Shown piece by piece: positions 19,716-29,353 of a stretch of DNA of 64,000 nucleotides. The notes below the pieces were generated by a model. That model did not search any database. It was not told the DNA's origin and worked only from the letters and a program-made list of their open reading frames with translations. Numbering within the stretch: the first letter of the stretch is position 1; every line of letters begins with the position of its first letter. The translations under genes and the position numbers were made by a program. The stretch comes from Bdellovibrionota bacterium (GTDB lineage Bacteria > Bdellovibrionota_G > JALEGL01 > DATDPG01): positions 2,464,001 through 2,528,000 of the forward strand of contig OY764265.1 of assembly GCA_963668355.1 (NCBI GenBank), given 5' to 3'.

Positions 19716-20312
19716 ATGAAAATGGAGAGCCGCAGCAGGTTAGTCAATGATTTTGTGGCGAGCATCAACATCCTCCTCTCCGGAATCGACGAACTCATTC
19801 AAAATCGGTTTTTCAAGGAAGTCACGGAGGCGGTGAGCTTCTCTCAACTCAAAGTTTTAATGCTGATCGCCCGAACCAAGGGCGGAACGATCACCAATGT
19901 GGCTACTTATTTGAGAATTTCTCTTCCCGCCGCAAGCAAGTCCGTCAACAAACTCGTCCAACAAAATTTAATTCAGCGAACTTCGCATGGAGATGATCGA
20001 AGAAAAAATGAATTGGTTTTAACACGAGAGGGAGAAACCCTTTTGAGTCGGTACTACGCCATTCAAACGGAGGCGTTAAACGAGTTGTTTTCAGCGATTC
20101 CAGACGAAAGCATGACCAATATTACTTCCCAATTGGACCAGATGGCCACGTCCCTTCGGAATCATCAAGACGCTCCCAAAGAGCTTTGTTATCGGTGTGG
20201 GGTTTATTTTCGCAACAAATGTTTGAGGAGAGAGGATGAAAACTGCAGCTGCTACCCGCATCCTTTTTCTTTTGACGAAAACGCTAAGGAGAAAGAAACA
20301 TGCAATCAGTGA
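19716..20312 (+). CDS. MarR-family regulator with Cys-rich C-terminal extension
   Basis: wHTH (ISLPAASKSVNKL...DDRRKNELVLTREG); tail CYRC-X7-C-X7-CSC. Confidence 0.85.
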   Translation: MKMESRSRLVNDFVASINILLSGIDELIQNRFFKEVTEAVSFSQLKVLMLIARTKGGTITNVATYLRISLPAASKSVNKLVQQNLIQRTSHGDDRRKNELVLTREGETLLSRYYAIQTEALNELFSAIPDESMTNITSQLDQMATSLRNHQDAPKELCYRCGVYFRNKCLRREDENCSCYPHPFSFDENAKEKETCNQ

Positions 20313-20887
20313 TTCGGAAAGAATCCGAACGAGATCCAAAATTTTCTCAGTGGATTGGAAGTTTTGCCAAAAACATACGCCAGTGCATTCATTGCGGACA
20401 GTGCAGTAGCAGTTGTCCCTTGTCCGGTTACATGGATAAAACCCCTCGTCGTTTGATGCATTTGGCCCGTGAAGGCTTTAAGGAAGATGTTTTACAAAGC
20501 TTTGCATTATGGCTGTGCACCAGTTGCTACTCTTGCCATGTGAAATGCCCTCGAGACATCGAAGTGACCGATGTCATGTATGCCCTAAAACGAAAGGCCA
20601 TTGAAGAAGGTTACTACCCAAAAAGATTTGCAATTCCGGTGTTGGCCAAAGAGTTCCGAAACATGGTTTATAACAACGGACGAATTTCAGAATCCGAGTT
20701 GGTGGTTCGTTTGAAGCTCAAAACCAATCCGTTCAGCATGCTTAAAATGGCGGGGCTTGGAATCAATTTGTTGAAGACGGGTCGCTTTTCCCTCAAGCGG
20801 GAAAAAATTCGAAACAAAAAACAATTGCAAACACTTTTGGATTCCCTGGAAACGGTTCGCCAGGGAAAATCTAAGGAGGCTGCGTGA
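20300..20887 (+). CDS. hdrC: Heterodisulfide reductase subunit C
   Basis: CIHCGQCSSSCP and WLCTSCYSCHVKCPRDI. Confidence 0.92.
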   Translation: MQSVIRKESERDPKFSQWIGSFAKNIRQCIHCGQCSSSCPLSGYMDKTPRRLMHLAREGFKEDVLQSFALWLCTSCYSCHVKCPRDIEVTDVMYALKRKAIEEGYYPKRFAIPVLAKEFRNMVYNNGRISESELVVRLKLKTNPFSMLKMAGLGINLLKTGRFSLKREKIRNKKQLQTLLDSLETVRQGKSKEAA

Positions 20888-21765
20888 TGAAGAAGATTCC
20901 ATATTATCCCGGTTGTTCCATTAAGGGTACTGGGCTTGCTTACGAAGAATCTCTCAAGGCCACGCTGAAAGTCTTGGGGGGAGAATTGGACGAAATTGAA
21001 GACTGGAATTGTTGTGGTGCCACGGCCTACATGGCGACTGACAAGCTTCGTGCGATTGCTTTGGCGGGACGCAATCTTGCCATGGCCGAAGAAAAAGGCG
21101 CGGAAGATCTCATGGTCCCCTGCAATGCTTGCTACCTTGTTTTAAACAAAACCCGCAAACAAATGGCTGAGGATCCAGAGGTTGCGGAACAGGTAGGAGA
21201 GGCAATGAAAAAAGCGGGCCTTTCCTACAAGGGAAAAACCAACGTCAAGCATCCGTTAGAAATTTTCTTGAATGATTTTGGTCTCGATTTGATCAAAGAA
21301 AAAACGGTGAAACCATTGAAGGGGATGAAAATTGCTCCTTACTATGGATGTCAGATTGTTCGCCCGTATTCATTTTTCGACGATCAACATGACCCAACTT
21401 CCATGGATCGAATCCTGAAAACTCTTGGGGCAGAGGTTGTGGATTATCCCTATAAAACGCGTTGTTGCGGGGGAAGCCAGACGGGAACCCTCCCGGAAAT
21501 CGGGCTGGATTTGGTTCATATGCTGCTCAAAGAGGCTCAAGACCGAGGCGCGGATGCCATTTCGGTGGTCTGTCCGCTATGCCAATTTAACTTGGATGGC
21601 TATCAAGACATGGTTCAGGCCAAGTTTGGTTTAAAACCAATGCCGATTCTTTACCTTACGCAGTTCATGGCGATGGCCTTTGGTTGTAAGGAGAAAGAAG
21701 CTGCACTGAATCGGGGAATTGTTCCGGCCAAGTGTCTAATGAGAAAGGAAAAAGCTCATGTCTAA
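20884..21765 (+). CDS. hdrB: Heterodisulfide reductase subunit B
   Basis: YYPGCS, WNCCGA, YYGCQ, RCCGG, CPLCQFN (two CCG domains). Confidence 0.93.
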   Translation: MMKKIPYYPGCSIKGTGLAYEESLKATLKVLGGELDEIEDWNCCGATAYMATDKLRAIALAGRNLAMAEEKGAEDLMVPCNACYLVLNKTRKQMAEDPEVAEQVGEAMKKAGLSYKGKTNVKHPLEIFLNDFGLDLIKEKTVKPLKGMKIAPYYGCQIVRPYSFFDDQHDPTSMDRILKTLGAEVVDYPYKTRCCGGSQTGTLPEIGLDLVHMLLKEAQDRGADAISVVCPLCQFNLDGYQDMVQAKFGLKPMPILYLTQFMAMAFGCKEKEAALNRGIVPAKCLMRKEKAHV

Positions 21766-23785
21766 AACAAACGGGCAAGACAACGTCATCCAGTTGAAAA
21801 GAGATGGTGAAACGGAAGAAGTTCGCATTGGTGTTTATGTTTGTCATTGCGGAACCAACATCGCTTCGACCATCGATGTGAATGAATGTGCCAAAGTGGC
21901 TTCGGATTTGCCGGGAGTCATTCTCTCTCGGGAATACAAATACATGTGCTCGGATCCTGGGCAGGTTTTGATTCAAGAAGACATTAAAAAACATCAATTG
22001 AATCGCGTGGTGGTGGCTTCCTGTTCGCCTTGCTTACATGAAACGACCTTCCGGAATGCGCTGCAAGGTGGAGGACTAAATCCCTTCTTTTTCCAAATGG
22101 TGAACATTCGAGAACATGCTTCTTGGGTTCACGCGGACAAACAAGCCGCTACACAAAAGGCCAATGACCTCATTCGAGCGGCCGTCCGTCGGGTTCAATA
22201 TCATCGCTCTCTAGAACGAAGGCGTGTCGACGTCGACGGCCATGTTTTGGTTGTCGGTGGGGGAATTGCCGGAATTCATGCAGCCCTTACGATGGCGAAT
22301 GCCGGTAAAAAAGTCTATCTGGTGGAAAGAGAGCCGAGCATTGGCGGGCATATGGCCCAGTTTGACAAGACATTCCCCACATTGGATTGCGCGGCATGTA
22401 TTTTAACTCCGAAGATGACGGATGTTGCGAAGCACCCCAACATCACGATGTGGACCTTGTCCGAAGTGGAAAAAGTGGATGGGTACGTGGGTAATTTTGA
22501 CGTCACTGTACTTCGAAAACCGCGATACATTGAAGAAGACCTCTGTGTCGGATGCTTGGAATGCGTAGACTCTTGCGTGTATCAAAAAGGAAAGGTCTAT
22601 GATGAGTTCAATGCGGGGTTAAGCATGCGAAAACCCGTTGCCATGCCTTTCCCTCAGGCCGTTCCACAGAAAGTCTTTTTCGATCCCGAAACCTGTTTGT
22701 TTTTGAAAAATGGAAAATGTAAACAAACCTGTTTGGAAGGGTGTGGAGAGCGGAACGCGATCAATTTCAACCAAAAGGAAAAACGGGAAGTCATTCGCGT
22801 TGGAACCATTGTTCTGGCAACCGGTTTTCAAACCTTTGATCCTCACCGTGCCCCGGAATACGGTTATGGCAAATATCCCGGAGTGTACACCTCCCTCGAG
22901 ATCGAGCGGCTGGTGAATGCTTCCGGACCGACCGAAGGTCACGTGGTGATGCGAAATGGCAAAAAACCAAAACGAATTGGAATCGTTCACTGCGTTGGAA
23001 GCCGAGATAAGAAACACAATGAACATTGTTCCCGCGTGTGTTGCATGTACTCCTTAAAGCTTGCTCATCTTTTGAAAGAGAAATGCGATGCGGAAGTCTA
23101 TGATTTCTACATTGACATGAGAACTCCTGGAAAAGGTTTTGAGGAGTTTTACAATCGAGTGGCAGAAGAAGGTGTTCATTTTATCCGTGGAAAAGTGGCC
23201 AGTGTAAAACCCGGACTCAATGGCGATGACGAAATTGTGGCCGAGGTGGAAGATACCCTTGCTGGAATGGTTCGAGAAATCGAATTGGATATGTTGGTTC
23301 TTTCCGTGGGCTTGGAAGCCCAAAAGGACGCGGAAGAAGTTCGGCGACGATTCAATATTAGCTGTTCTCAAGGAGGCTTCTTTACGGAAAAACATCCAAA
23401 GCTAGCTCCGGTGAGCACGTTGAGCGACGGCATTTATCTTGCGGGCGCATGTCAAGGCCCTCGAGATATTCCAGATACCGTGGCCCAGGCCGGGGGAGCT
23501 GCGGCGGAAGCCTTAGCCTTAATGGATCGAGGCTATGTCGAAATGGAACCAAACACGGCTTATGTTTTGGAAGAAGATTGTTCGGGATGCAAAACATGTT
23601 TGGATGTGTGTCCGTATAATGCCGTTTCCAGGGACAATGAGAAGGGGGTGGCAAACATCAACCCCGTGCTCTGTAAAGGGTGTGGCACTTGTGTGGCAGC
23701 CTGTCCCTCGGGATCGATTGTCCAAAATCTGTATGAAGACGAAATGATTATGGAAGAAATCAGAGGAGTATTGACTCATGCCTGA
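21758..23785 (+). CDS. hdrA: Heterodisulfide reductase subunit A (flavin-based bifurcating subunit)
   Basis: CHCGTNI, GGGIAG, FPTLDCAACIL, CVGSRD, CSRVCCMY, C-terminal 2x[4Fe-4S]. Confidence 0.95.
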   Translation: MSKTNGQDNVIQLKRDGETEEVRIGVYVCHCGTNIASTIDVNECAKVASDLPGVILSREYKYMCSDPGQVLIQEDIKKHQLNRVVVASCSPCLHETTFRNALQGGGLNPFFFQMVNIREHASWVHADKQAATQKANDLIRAAVRRVQYHRSLERRRVDVDGHVLVVGGGIAGIHAALTMANAGKKVYLVEREPSIGGHMAQFDKTFPTLDCAACILTPKMTDVAKHPNITMWTLSEVEKVDGYVGNFDVTVLRKPRYIEEDLCVGCLECVDSCVYQKGKVYDEFNAGLSMRKPVAMPFPQAVPQKVFFDPETCLFLKNGKCKQTCLEGCGERNAINFNQKEKREVIRVGTIVLATGFQTFDPHRAPEYGYGKYPGVYTSLEIERLVNASGPTEGHVVMRNGKKPKRIGIVHCVGSRDKKHNEHCSRVCCMYSLKLAHLLKEKCDAEVYDFYIDMRTPGKGFEEFYNRVAEEGVHFIRGKVASVKPGLNGDDEIVAEVEDTLAGMVREIELDMLVLSVGLEAQKDAEEVRRRFNISCSQGGFFTEKHPKLAPVSTLSDGIYLAGACQGPRDIPDTVAQAGGAAAEALALMDRGYVEMEPNTAYVLEEDCSGCKTCLDVCPYNAVSRDNEKGVANINPVLCKGCGTCVAACPSGSIVQNLYEDEMIMEEIRGVLTHA

Positions 23786-24257
23786 AACCAACGAAAATTT
23801 TGAGCCTAGAATTCTTTGTATTTTTTGCAATTGGTGCACGTACCTCGCAGCAGACTTGGCAGGCGTGTCCCGTTTGAAATATGCACCTAACGCTCGAATT
23901 GTAAAAGTGATGTGCTCCGGAAGAGTTGATCCACAATTCGTTTTTGAGGCATTTTCGAACGGAGCCGACGCGGTGCTCTTGGGTGGTTGTCATCCCGGCG
24001 ATTGTCACTATCAAGAAGGCAATTATAAGTGTTTGCGTCGGTATAAACTTCTCAAGCGCGTGATTTCCGGAATGGGCATTGAGGAAGACCGCTTCCGTCT
24101 TGAATGGATCTCAGCAGCTGAAGCCGACAAATTGAGAGACGTGATGAACGATATGGTGGCAAAAGTTAAGAAACTTGGCCCTTTGAACATGACTGTGCCG
24201 AGTGAAAATTTTCCCACGCTCGGAGAGGAAGAAAAGAAAGAATTGAGGGCATCATGA
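23778..24257 (+). CDS. mvhD: MvhD [2Fe-2S] subunit
   Basis: FCNWCTY, MCSGRVDP, GCHPGDCHY. Confidence 0.93.
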   Translation: MPETNENFEPRILCIFCNWCTYLAADLAGVSRLKYAPNARIVKVMCSGRVDPQFVFEAFSNGADAVLLGGCHPGDCHYQEGNYKCLRRYKLLKRVISGMGIEEDRFRLEWISAAEADKLRDVMNDMVAKVKKLGPLNMTVPSENFPTLGEEEKKELRAS

Positions 24258-25234
24258 GTGAGAAACCAAAAGTTGGCTTTTATTGGTGTGCGAGTTGTGG
24301 TGGTTGTGAAGAATCCGTTGTCGACCTAGCCGAAAACATTTTGGATGTTGTCAATGCCGTCGATATCGTGTTTTGGCCTGTTGCTTTGGACTTCAAACGA
24401 AAAGATGTGGAAGCCATGGAAGATGGCTCCATCTTTGCGACCTTCATCAATGGAGCCATTCGAACGACCGAACAAGAGGAAATGGCTCATCTTTTACGCA
24501 AAAAATCCAAAGTCGTGATTGCGTACGGATCATGTTCTCAATTGGGCGGCATTCCTGGATTGGCAAACCAATTCGATAAGGAAAGCATTTTTAAAGAGGT
24601 GTATGAGGATTCTCAGATTGTTGAGAACCCCCAAAAGGTTCGCCCACAGACGGTTACCGAAGAAGAGGGCCGGAAGGTTGAGCTTCCGGGGTTCTATCAA
24701 ACTGTTCGCTCCCTTCATCAAGTGATTGATGTGGATTACTCTGTTCCAGGCTGCGCTCCGACTCCGAAAGTGACGTTGGATGCCATTCAAACCTTGTTAA
24801 GTGGAAACCTTCCGCCCAAGGGAGCTGTGTTGACCACGGATCAGGCGCTGTGCCGAGAGTGTCCACGGATTGATTCAAAACCCGAAGATCTAAAGATCAC
24901 CGAATTCAAACGCCCTTGGGAAGTCATGATCGACGAAGAAAAATGTCTTCTGGCTCAAGGAATTCTCTGCATGGGGGTTGCGACTCGTGGAGGATGCGGG
25001 GCTCAGTGCATCGAAGGAAATATGCCTTGTACCGGTTGTTTCGGACCCACGGGGCGTGTGGATGATTTTGGTGGAAAGCTTTTATCCGGAATCTGTTCTC
25101 TTGTGGGCAGCGATGACGAAGAGGAAATCGAGAAAATCTTAAGTGCGATTCCTGATCCCATTGGGACATTTTATCGGTATAGTTTGGCCGATTCGATTCT
25201 TCGAAGATCCAAATTGAGTGATTCAAGCAAATAA
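24254..25234 (+). CDS. mvhG: Group 3c NiFe hydrogenase small subunit
   Basis: CASCGGCE, YGSC, PGCAP, CMGVATRGGCGAQC, PCTGC. Confidence 0.9.
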   Translation: MSEKPKVGFYWCASCGGCEESVVDLAENILDVVNAVDIVFWPVALDFKRKDVEAMEDGSIFATFINGAIRTTEQEEMAHLLRKKSKVVIAYGSCSQLGGIPGLANQFDKESIFKEVYEDSQIVENPQKVRPQTVTEEEGRKVELPGFYQTVRSLHQVIDVDYSVPGCAPTPKVTLDAIQTLLSGNLPPKGAVLTTDQALCRECPRIDSKPEDLKITEFKRPWEVMIDEEKCLLAQGILCMGVATRGGCGAQCIEGNMPCTGCFGPTGRVDDFGGKLLSGICSLVGSDDEEEIEKILSAIPDPIGTFYRYSLADSILRRSKLSDSSK

Positions 25235-25257
25235 TCTTAGATTAAAGAGGAAAAAAC

Positions 25258-26820
25258 GTGTCGAACGATAAGAACGAAAAAGTAAAAGAGGTTCTACAAG
25301 AAGGGGCCGCCAGAGCTCAAGCAACCTATAAAAACCAACGACGAATCGTCATTGACCCAATCACTCGTTTGGAAGGTCATGGAAAGATCGACATTTTTAT
25401 GAATGAAAGTGGAAATGTGGATCGAGCCTATTTTCAGGTCCCAGAATTGCGTGGTTTTGAAAAATTCATGCAAGGTCGACCTGTAGAGGACGCTCCTCAG
25501 ATCACCTCTCGAATTTGTGGTGTTTGTCCCACAGCCCATCACATGGCGGCTACGAAAGCTTTGGATGACGTGTTTAAGGTGGAACCTACGTCCACAGCCA
25601 AAAAAATCAGAGAACTGGTTTACAACGTGTTTATGGCGGAGGACCACGCACTTCATTTCTACTTTCTCGGAGGACCTGACTTTGTGGTGGGGCCTGAAGC
25701 CCCCAGCGCAGAACGCAATATTCTCGGCGTGATCGGTAAGGTTGGTGTGGACGTCGGGAAAAAGGTGATTTCAATGCGACGTCGTTTGAGAGAACTCATC
25801 ACGTTGACGGGTGGAAAAATCATCCATCCCGTGATGGGGCTTCCAGGGGGCGTGGCGAAGAGAATCACGGAGGAGCATCGTAAGCAATATCAAGAAGTAG
25901 CCAACGATGCCGTGGAATTCGCTAAATTTACACTTCAAGTCTTTGAAGATGTCGTTCTGAAAAATTCGGCCTATGTCGATTTGATCACCTCCGATGCCTT
26001 CACCCATCGCACCTATTACATGGGTTTGGTAGATGAAAACAACAAAGTCAACTTCTACGATGGAAAAGTGCGTGTGGTAACTCCGGAAGGAGAGGAGTAT
26101 CGAAAGTTTACGGCTCAACAGTATGTAGATGAAATTCGAGAACATGTTGAACCTTGGAGTTATACAAAGTTTTGCTATCTCAAAGATGTTGGCTGGAATG
26201 GGTTCAACGATGGAAAAGATAGTGGCGTGTATTCAGTGGCTCCCTTGGCTCGCTTAAATGCTTGTGACGGAATGGCGACTCCTGAAGCTCAAGGGGCCTA
26301 TGAAAAATATTTTGAAACCTTGGGTGGGAAACCGGTTCATCACACTTTGGCTAACCACTGGGCGAGAGTTGTGGAGTTGTTGTACGCCGCTGAAAGAATG
26401 AAAGAGTTGGCTGATGATCCGGAATTGACCAGCGAAGACATTCGAAACATTCCGACCGAAAAACCGAAAGAAGGAATGGGCGTCATCGAAGCACCTAGAG
26501 GAACGCTTTACCATCATTATAGAACGGACGAGAAGGGTGTTATTCAAAAAGCCAACTTGATTGTGGCTACGCAAAACAATTCAGCGCGAATCGCGATGAG
26601 TGTTGAGAAAGCGGCCAAAGGTTTGATCTCCAAACAAGAAGTCTCTGAAGGGATTTTGAATAAAGTTGAGATGGCTTTTCGAGCTTACGATCCGTGTCAC
26701 GCTTGCGCGACGCATTCGTTGCCGGGGAGTATGCCTTTGATCCTTCAAATTCGAGACGAAAACGGAGAAATCAAACAATCTTTTCGACGGGACCATGATG
26801 GGAGTGTCAAAGAACAATAA
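25258..26820 (+). CDS. mvhA: Group 3c NiFe hydrogenase large subunit
   Basis: TRLEGHG, L1 RICGVCPTAH, L2 RAYDPCHACATH followed by a cleavable C-terminal tail. Confidence 0.92.
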   Translation: MSNDKNEKVKEVLQEGAARAQATYKNQRRIVIDPITRLEGHGKIDIFMNESGNVDRAYFQVPELRGFEKFMQGRPVEDAPQITSRICGVCPTAHHMAATKALDDVFKVEPTSTAKKIRELVYNVFMAEDHALHFYFLGGPDFVVGPEAPSAERNILGVIGKVGVDVGKKVISMRRRLRELITLTGGKIIHPVMGLPGGVAKRITEEHRKQYQEVANDAVEFAKFTLQVFEDVVLKNSAYVDLITSDAFTHRTYYMGLVDENNKVNFYDGKVRVVTPEGEEYRKFTAQQYVDEIREHVEPWSYTKFCYLKDVGWNGFNDGKDSGVYSVAPLARLNACDGMATPEAQGAYEKYFETLGGKPVHHTLANHWARVVELLYAAERMKELADDPELTSEDIRNIPTEKPKEGMGVIEAPRGTLYHHYRTDEKGVIQKANLIVATQNNSARIAMSVEKAAKGLISKQEVSEGILNKVEMAFRAYDPCHACATHSLPGSMPLILQIRDENGEIKQSFRRDHDGSVKEQ

Positions 26821-27268
26821 AAAGAGAATCCGAATTCTCTGTTTGGGCAATGAGATCATTGCAGACGATGGCTTAGGCCCTTTGGCGGCCGAAGCTTTTC
26901 GATCCAAGCTTTGGGAAGGTGTCGAAGTTGTGGATAGTTCTGAAGCGGGTTTCCACCTGATGGACTATCTCATGGAAACCGATGAAGTCATCATCGTGGA
27001 CTCCATCCAAACCGGGAAAGCTGCGCCAGGCGTGATTTATCACCTCAAAGAAGACGACCTTCCTCAATATCAGGCCAACTCTCCCCATTATACGGGGCTT
27101 TTGGAGTCGCTTCAGTTGGGGCGTTCTCTTGAATTGGAAATGGCCAAAAAGGTCCAAATCATTGCGGTTGAAACCTTTGATTGCCAGACTTTAGGAGGGG
27201 AAATGCATCCGGATGTTCGAAGTTCCGTTCCCAAGGTTGTAGAAATTGTCGAAGACTATCTGAATTAG
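26795..27268 (+). CDS. Hydrogenase maturation protease (for MvhA)
   Basis: LGNEIIADDGLG, IIVDS, SPH. Confidence 0.88.
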   Translation: MMGVSKNNKKRIRILCLGNEIIADDGLGPLAAEAFRSKLWEGVEVVDSSEAGFHLMDYLMETDEVIIVDSIQTGKAAPGVIYHLKEDDLPQYQANSPHYTGLLESLQLGRSLELEMAKKVQIIAVETFDCQTLGGEMHPDVRSSVPKVVEIVEDYLN

Positions 27269-27283
27269 TTCTATACTATCAAA

Positions 27284-27565
27284 GTGGAAGTCATTTCCTA
27301 TTGGATGAGCCGCCTAGATGAGACTAAGGGTCTGACATTCCTTTGTTTGGCTGCTGCGGCACTTTGGGTTCTTTGTACGGTGTTCGTGTTGAACCGAAAA
27401 CTCAAAATGTTGGAAGAAGACTCTCAACAACTTAAACGGGACCAAAGCCTGATTTTGGATGAAACCGACGATTTAAAGGAAGCGTTTCAGGCTAAAATTC
27501 AGGACTCAAAAGCCTTGAAATCGCTTCCTCAACATAACCCTGAAATCGACTCTGAAGAGGAGTAG
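27284..27565 (+). CDS. Small membrane-anchored coiled-coil hypothetical protein
   Basis: One TM segment then a charged helical tail; overlaps the convergent protease gene by 74 nt. Confidence 0.45.
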   Translation: MEVISYWMSRLDETKGLTFLCLAAAALWVLCTVFVLNRKLKMLEEDSQQLKRDQSLILDETDDLKEAFQAKIQDSKALKSLPQHNPEIDSEEE

Positions 27566-27965
27566 AAAGCTCCATTTTGTTTTCGGTTGTGAGAGGTTGA
27601 ATTCCCATTACCTTGATTTTTGGGATGAAATAGCCCAGCTCTTTTCCCATATGAATGGTCTTTAGAAGATCGGACTCATGAGTAGTAAACTGGGAAAGCT
27701 GTTTTTCACTCAACACATCGTCTGGGCAAAAGTGGAAGACCTCTCCAGGTTCCTTTTCCCCGAATACGGTGTCCACCACCAAAATTCGTTCCGTTTCAGG
27801 CACAAAGTAATTTAAGAGTCGAAGGCCAGATCCAGATAAATCAATGGCTTCGAAATCCTTTTCAAGACCATTTTCTGAAATGTATTCGACGATCCGTAAG
27901 CCGATAGAATCGTCCCCCATGGCCCAGTTTCCAACGCCGACCAGGTATTTATGGATTGAGTTCAT
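27492..27965 (-). CDS. Hydrogenase maturation protease (for group 3b large subunit)
   Basis: GVGNWAMGDDSIG, LVVD, TTHE, GIQP. Confidence 0.88.
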   Translation of the reverse strand: MNSIHKYLVGVGNWAMGDDSIGLRIVEYISENGLEKDFEAIDLSGSGLRLLNYFVPETERILVVDTVFGEKEPGEVFHFCPDDVLSEKQLSQFTTHESDLLKTIHMGKELGYFIPKIKVMGIQPLTTENKMELSTPLQSRFQGYVEEAISRLLSPEF

Positions 27966-27990
27966 GGCAGTTTCCAATCGTGGGTATCAC

Positions 27991-28020
27991 AAAAAAGGGG
28001 GCCAAAGGGCCCCCTTTTTT
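27991..28020. terminator. Bidirectional rho-independent terminator
   Basis: AAAAAAGGGGGCC-AAAG-GGCCCCCTTTTTT. Confidence 0.8.
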
Positions 28021-28036
28021 CAAAAAGAACGCTGTC

Positions 28037-29353
28037 TTAGCGCTTAAACTTTACATCCAAGTAATGCGTGGAACAAGAGATGCATGGGTCGTACGCACGA
28101 ACCAACATTTCCAGTTTCAATTCCATTTCCTTCTCTGCCACTTTCTCAGCAAGTAACTCTGGCACGAGTTTGTCGAAGTCGTGCTGAATATTATTGTGGT
28201 TTTGGTTGGTTGGAATGATGCAATTTCCACCTTGGCACATATAGTTTTTGTCATAGACATAATTGTGGAAAAGAATGCCTCGTGGGACTTCAGTGGCCCC
28301 AAATCCTTCACCATACTTGGTGGGCTCAACAGGCTTTTCATCCTTGATTCCGGAATCAATCAATTCTTCCATCAGTCGCAAGGTTTCATAAGCGCTGTGA
28401 ACCGATTCGACAACCTGAGCTGCGGTATTGAGGTAGGGATTTCCCACGACCGGCTTCATTCCCAATGCGTCAGCTACTTTCCGTGCCTCAGGATGAAGTT
28501 GCTCAAAATTATTATTGAACCGAGCCAAGGCTCCAGCCATGTAACTCTCAAGTTTATTCTTGGTGTATTTGGCCGTGGAGGCTGGAGTGACAAACTCATT
28601 GGTGACATTTCGATATTCCGAAACAGGCCAGGTCTCTTTTTTTCCATCGGGCATGATGGTTTGAATGCACCCATCATAGAGACCGTATTCTTCATCACTA
28701 TGAAGAGCCATGTATTCCGTGGGTCGGTCAAACGCAGGGAATTTGTCCTTCAAACTCAAAACAACTTCCAGAACAGCGTTTACGTCGGGTACCAACTCCT
28801 TAGCAAAACGTTCCTTTAGCTCTTTAAATTGAGCGACCGTTGGAAGGCTCGCGAATCCACCGGGTACGCATGTGGTCGGGTGAGTCGTTCGACCTCCAAT
28901 GAGTGAACCCCACTCATGAGCAAAACGCTTCAAACGAAGCGCGGCTTTCACCACTTCGCCATGAGACCCGATCATCTGAAGAACAGATTGAGCACCCACC
29001 AAATCGGGAGATACCAAGAAAAGGGAATGGAGGATGTGAGAGTCAAAGTTCTCCGCATGTTTGAGAATGGTGCGAAGTTTTTTTGTCTGAGGTGTGACCT
29101 CAATTCCCAACGCATCTTCAGTTGCTTTCACGGAGGCCAGTGTGTGTCCAATGGCACAGATTCCGCAAATTCGACTGGTGATTCGTTGTACCTCGGTATA
29201 ATGCCGATCTCGAATCATGGATTCGAAGAATCTAGGAGCTTCAGGCACTTGCCACTGACATTTTTCGATCGCGCCATTATTGATGTTTACGACAATGTTT
29301 CCATGTCCTTCAACGCGAGTTAGATGGTGAACGTTGATGTTATAGTTTGACAT
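28037..29353 (-). CDS. Group 3b NiFe hydrogenase alpha (large) subunit
   Basis: TRVEGHG, RICGICAIGH, EVPRG, RAYDPCISCSTH plus short tail; GAGGAG RBS. Confidence 0.92.
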   Translation of the reverse strand: MSNYNINVHHLTRVEGHGNIVVNINNGAIEKCQWQVPEAPRFFESMIRDRHYTEVQRITSRICGICAIGHTLASVKATEDALGIEVTPQTKKLRTILKHAENFDSHILHSLFLVSPDLVGAQSVLQMIGSHGEVVKAALRLKRFAHEWGSLIGGRTTHPTTCVPGGFASLPTVAQFKELKERFAKELVPDVNAVLEVVLSLKDKFPAFDRPTEYMALHSDEEYGLYDGCIQTIMPDGKKETWPVSEYRNVTNEFVTPASTAKYTKNKLESYMAGALARFNNNFEQLHPEARKVADALGMKPVVGNPYLNTAAQVVESVHSAYETLRLMEELIDSGIKDEKPVEPTKYGEGFGATEVPRGILFHNYVYDKNYMCQGGNCIIPTNQNHNNIQHDFDKLVPELLAEKVAEKEMELKLEMLVRAYDPCISCSTHYLDVKFKR

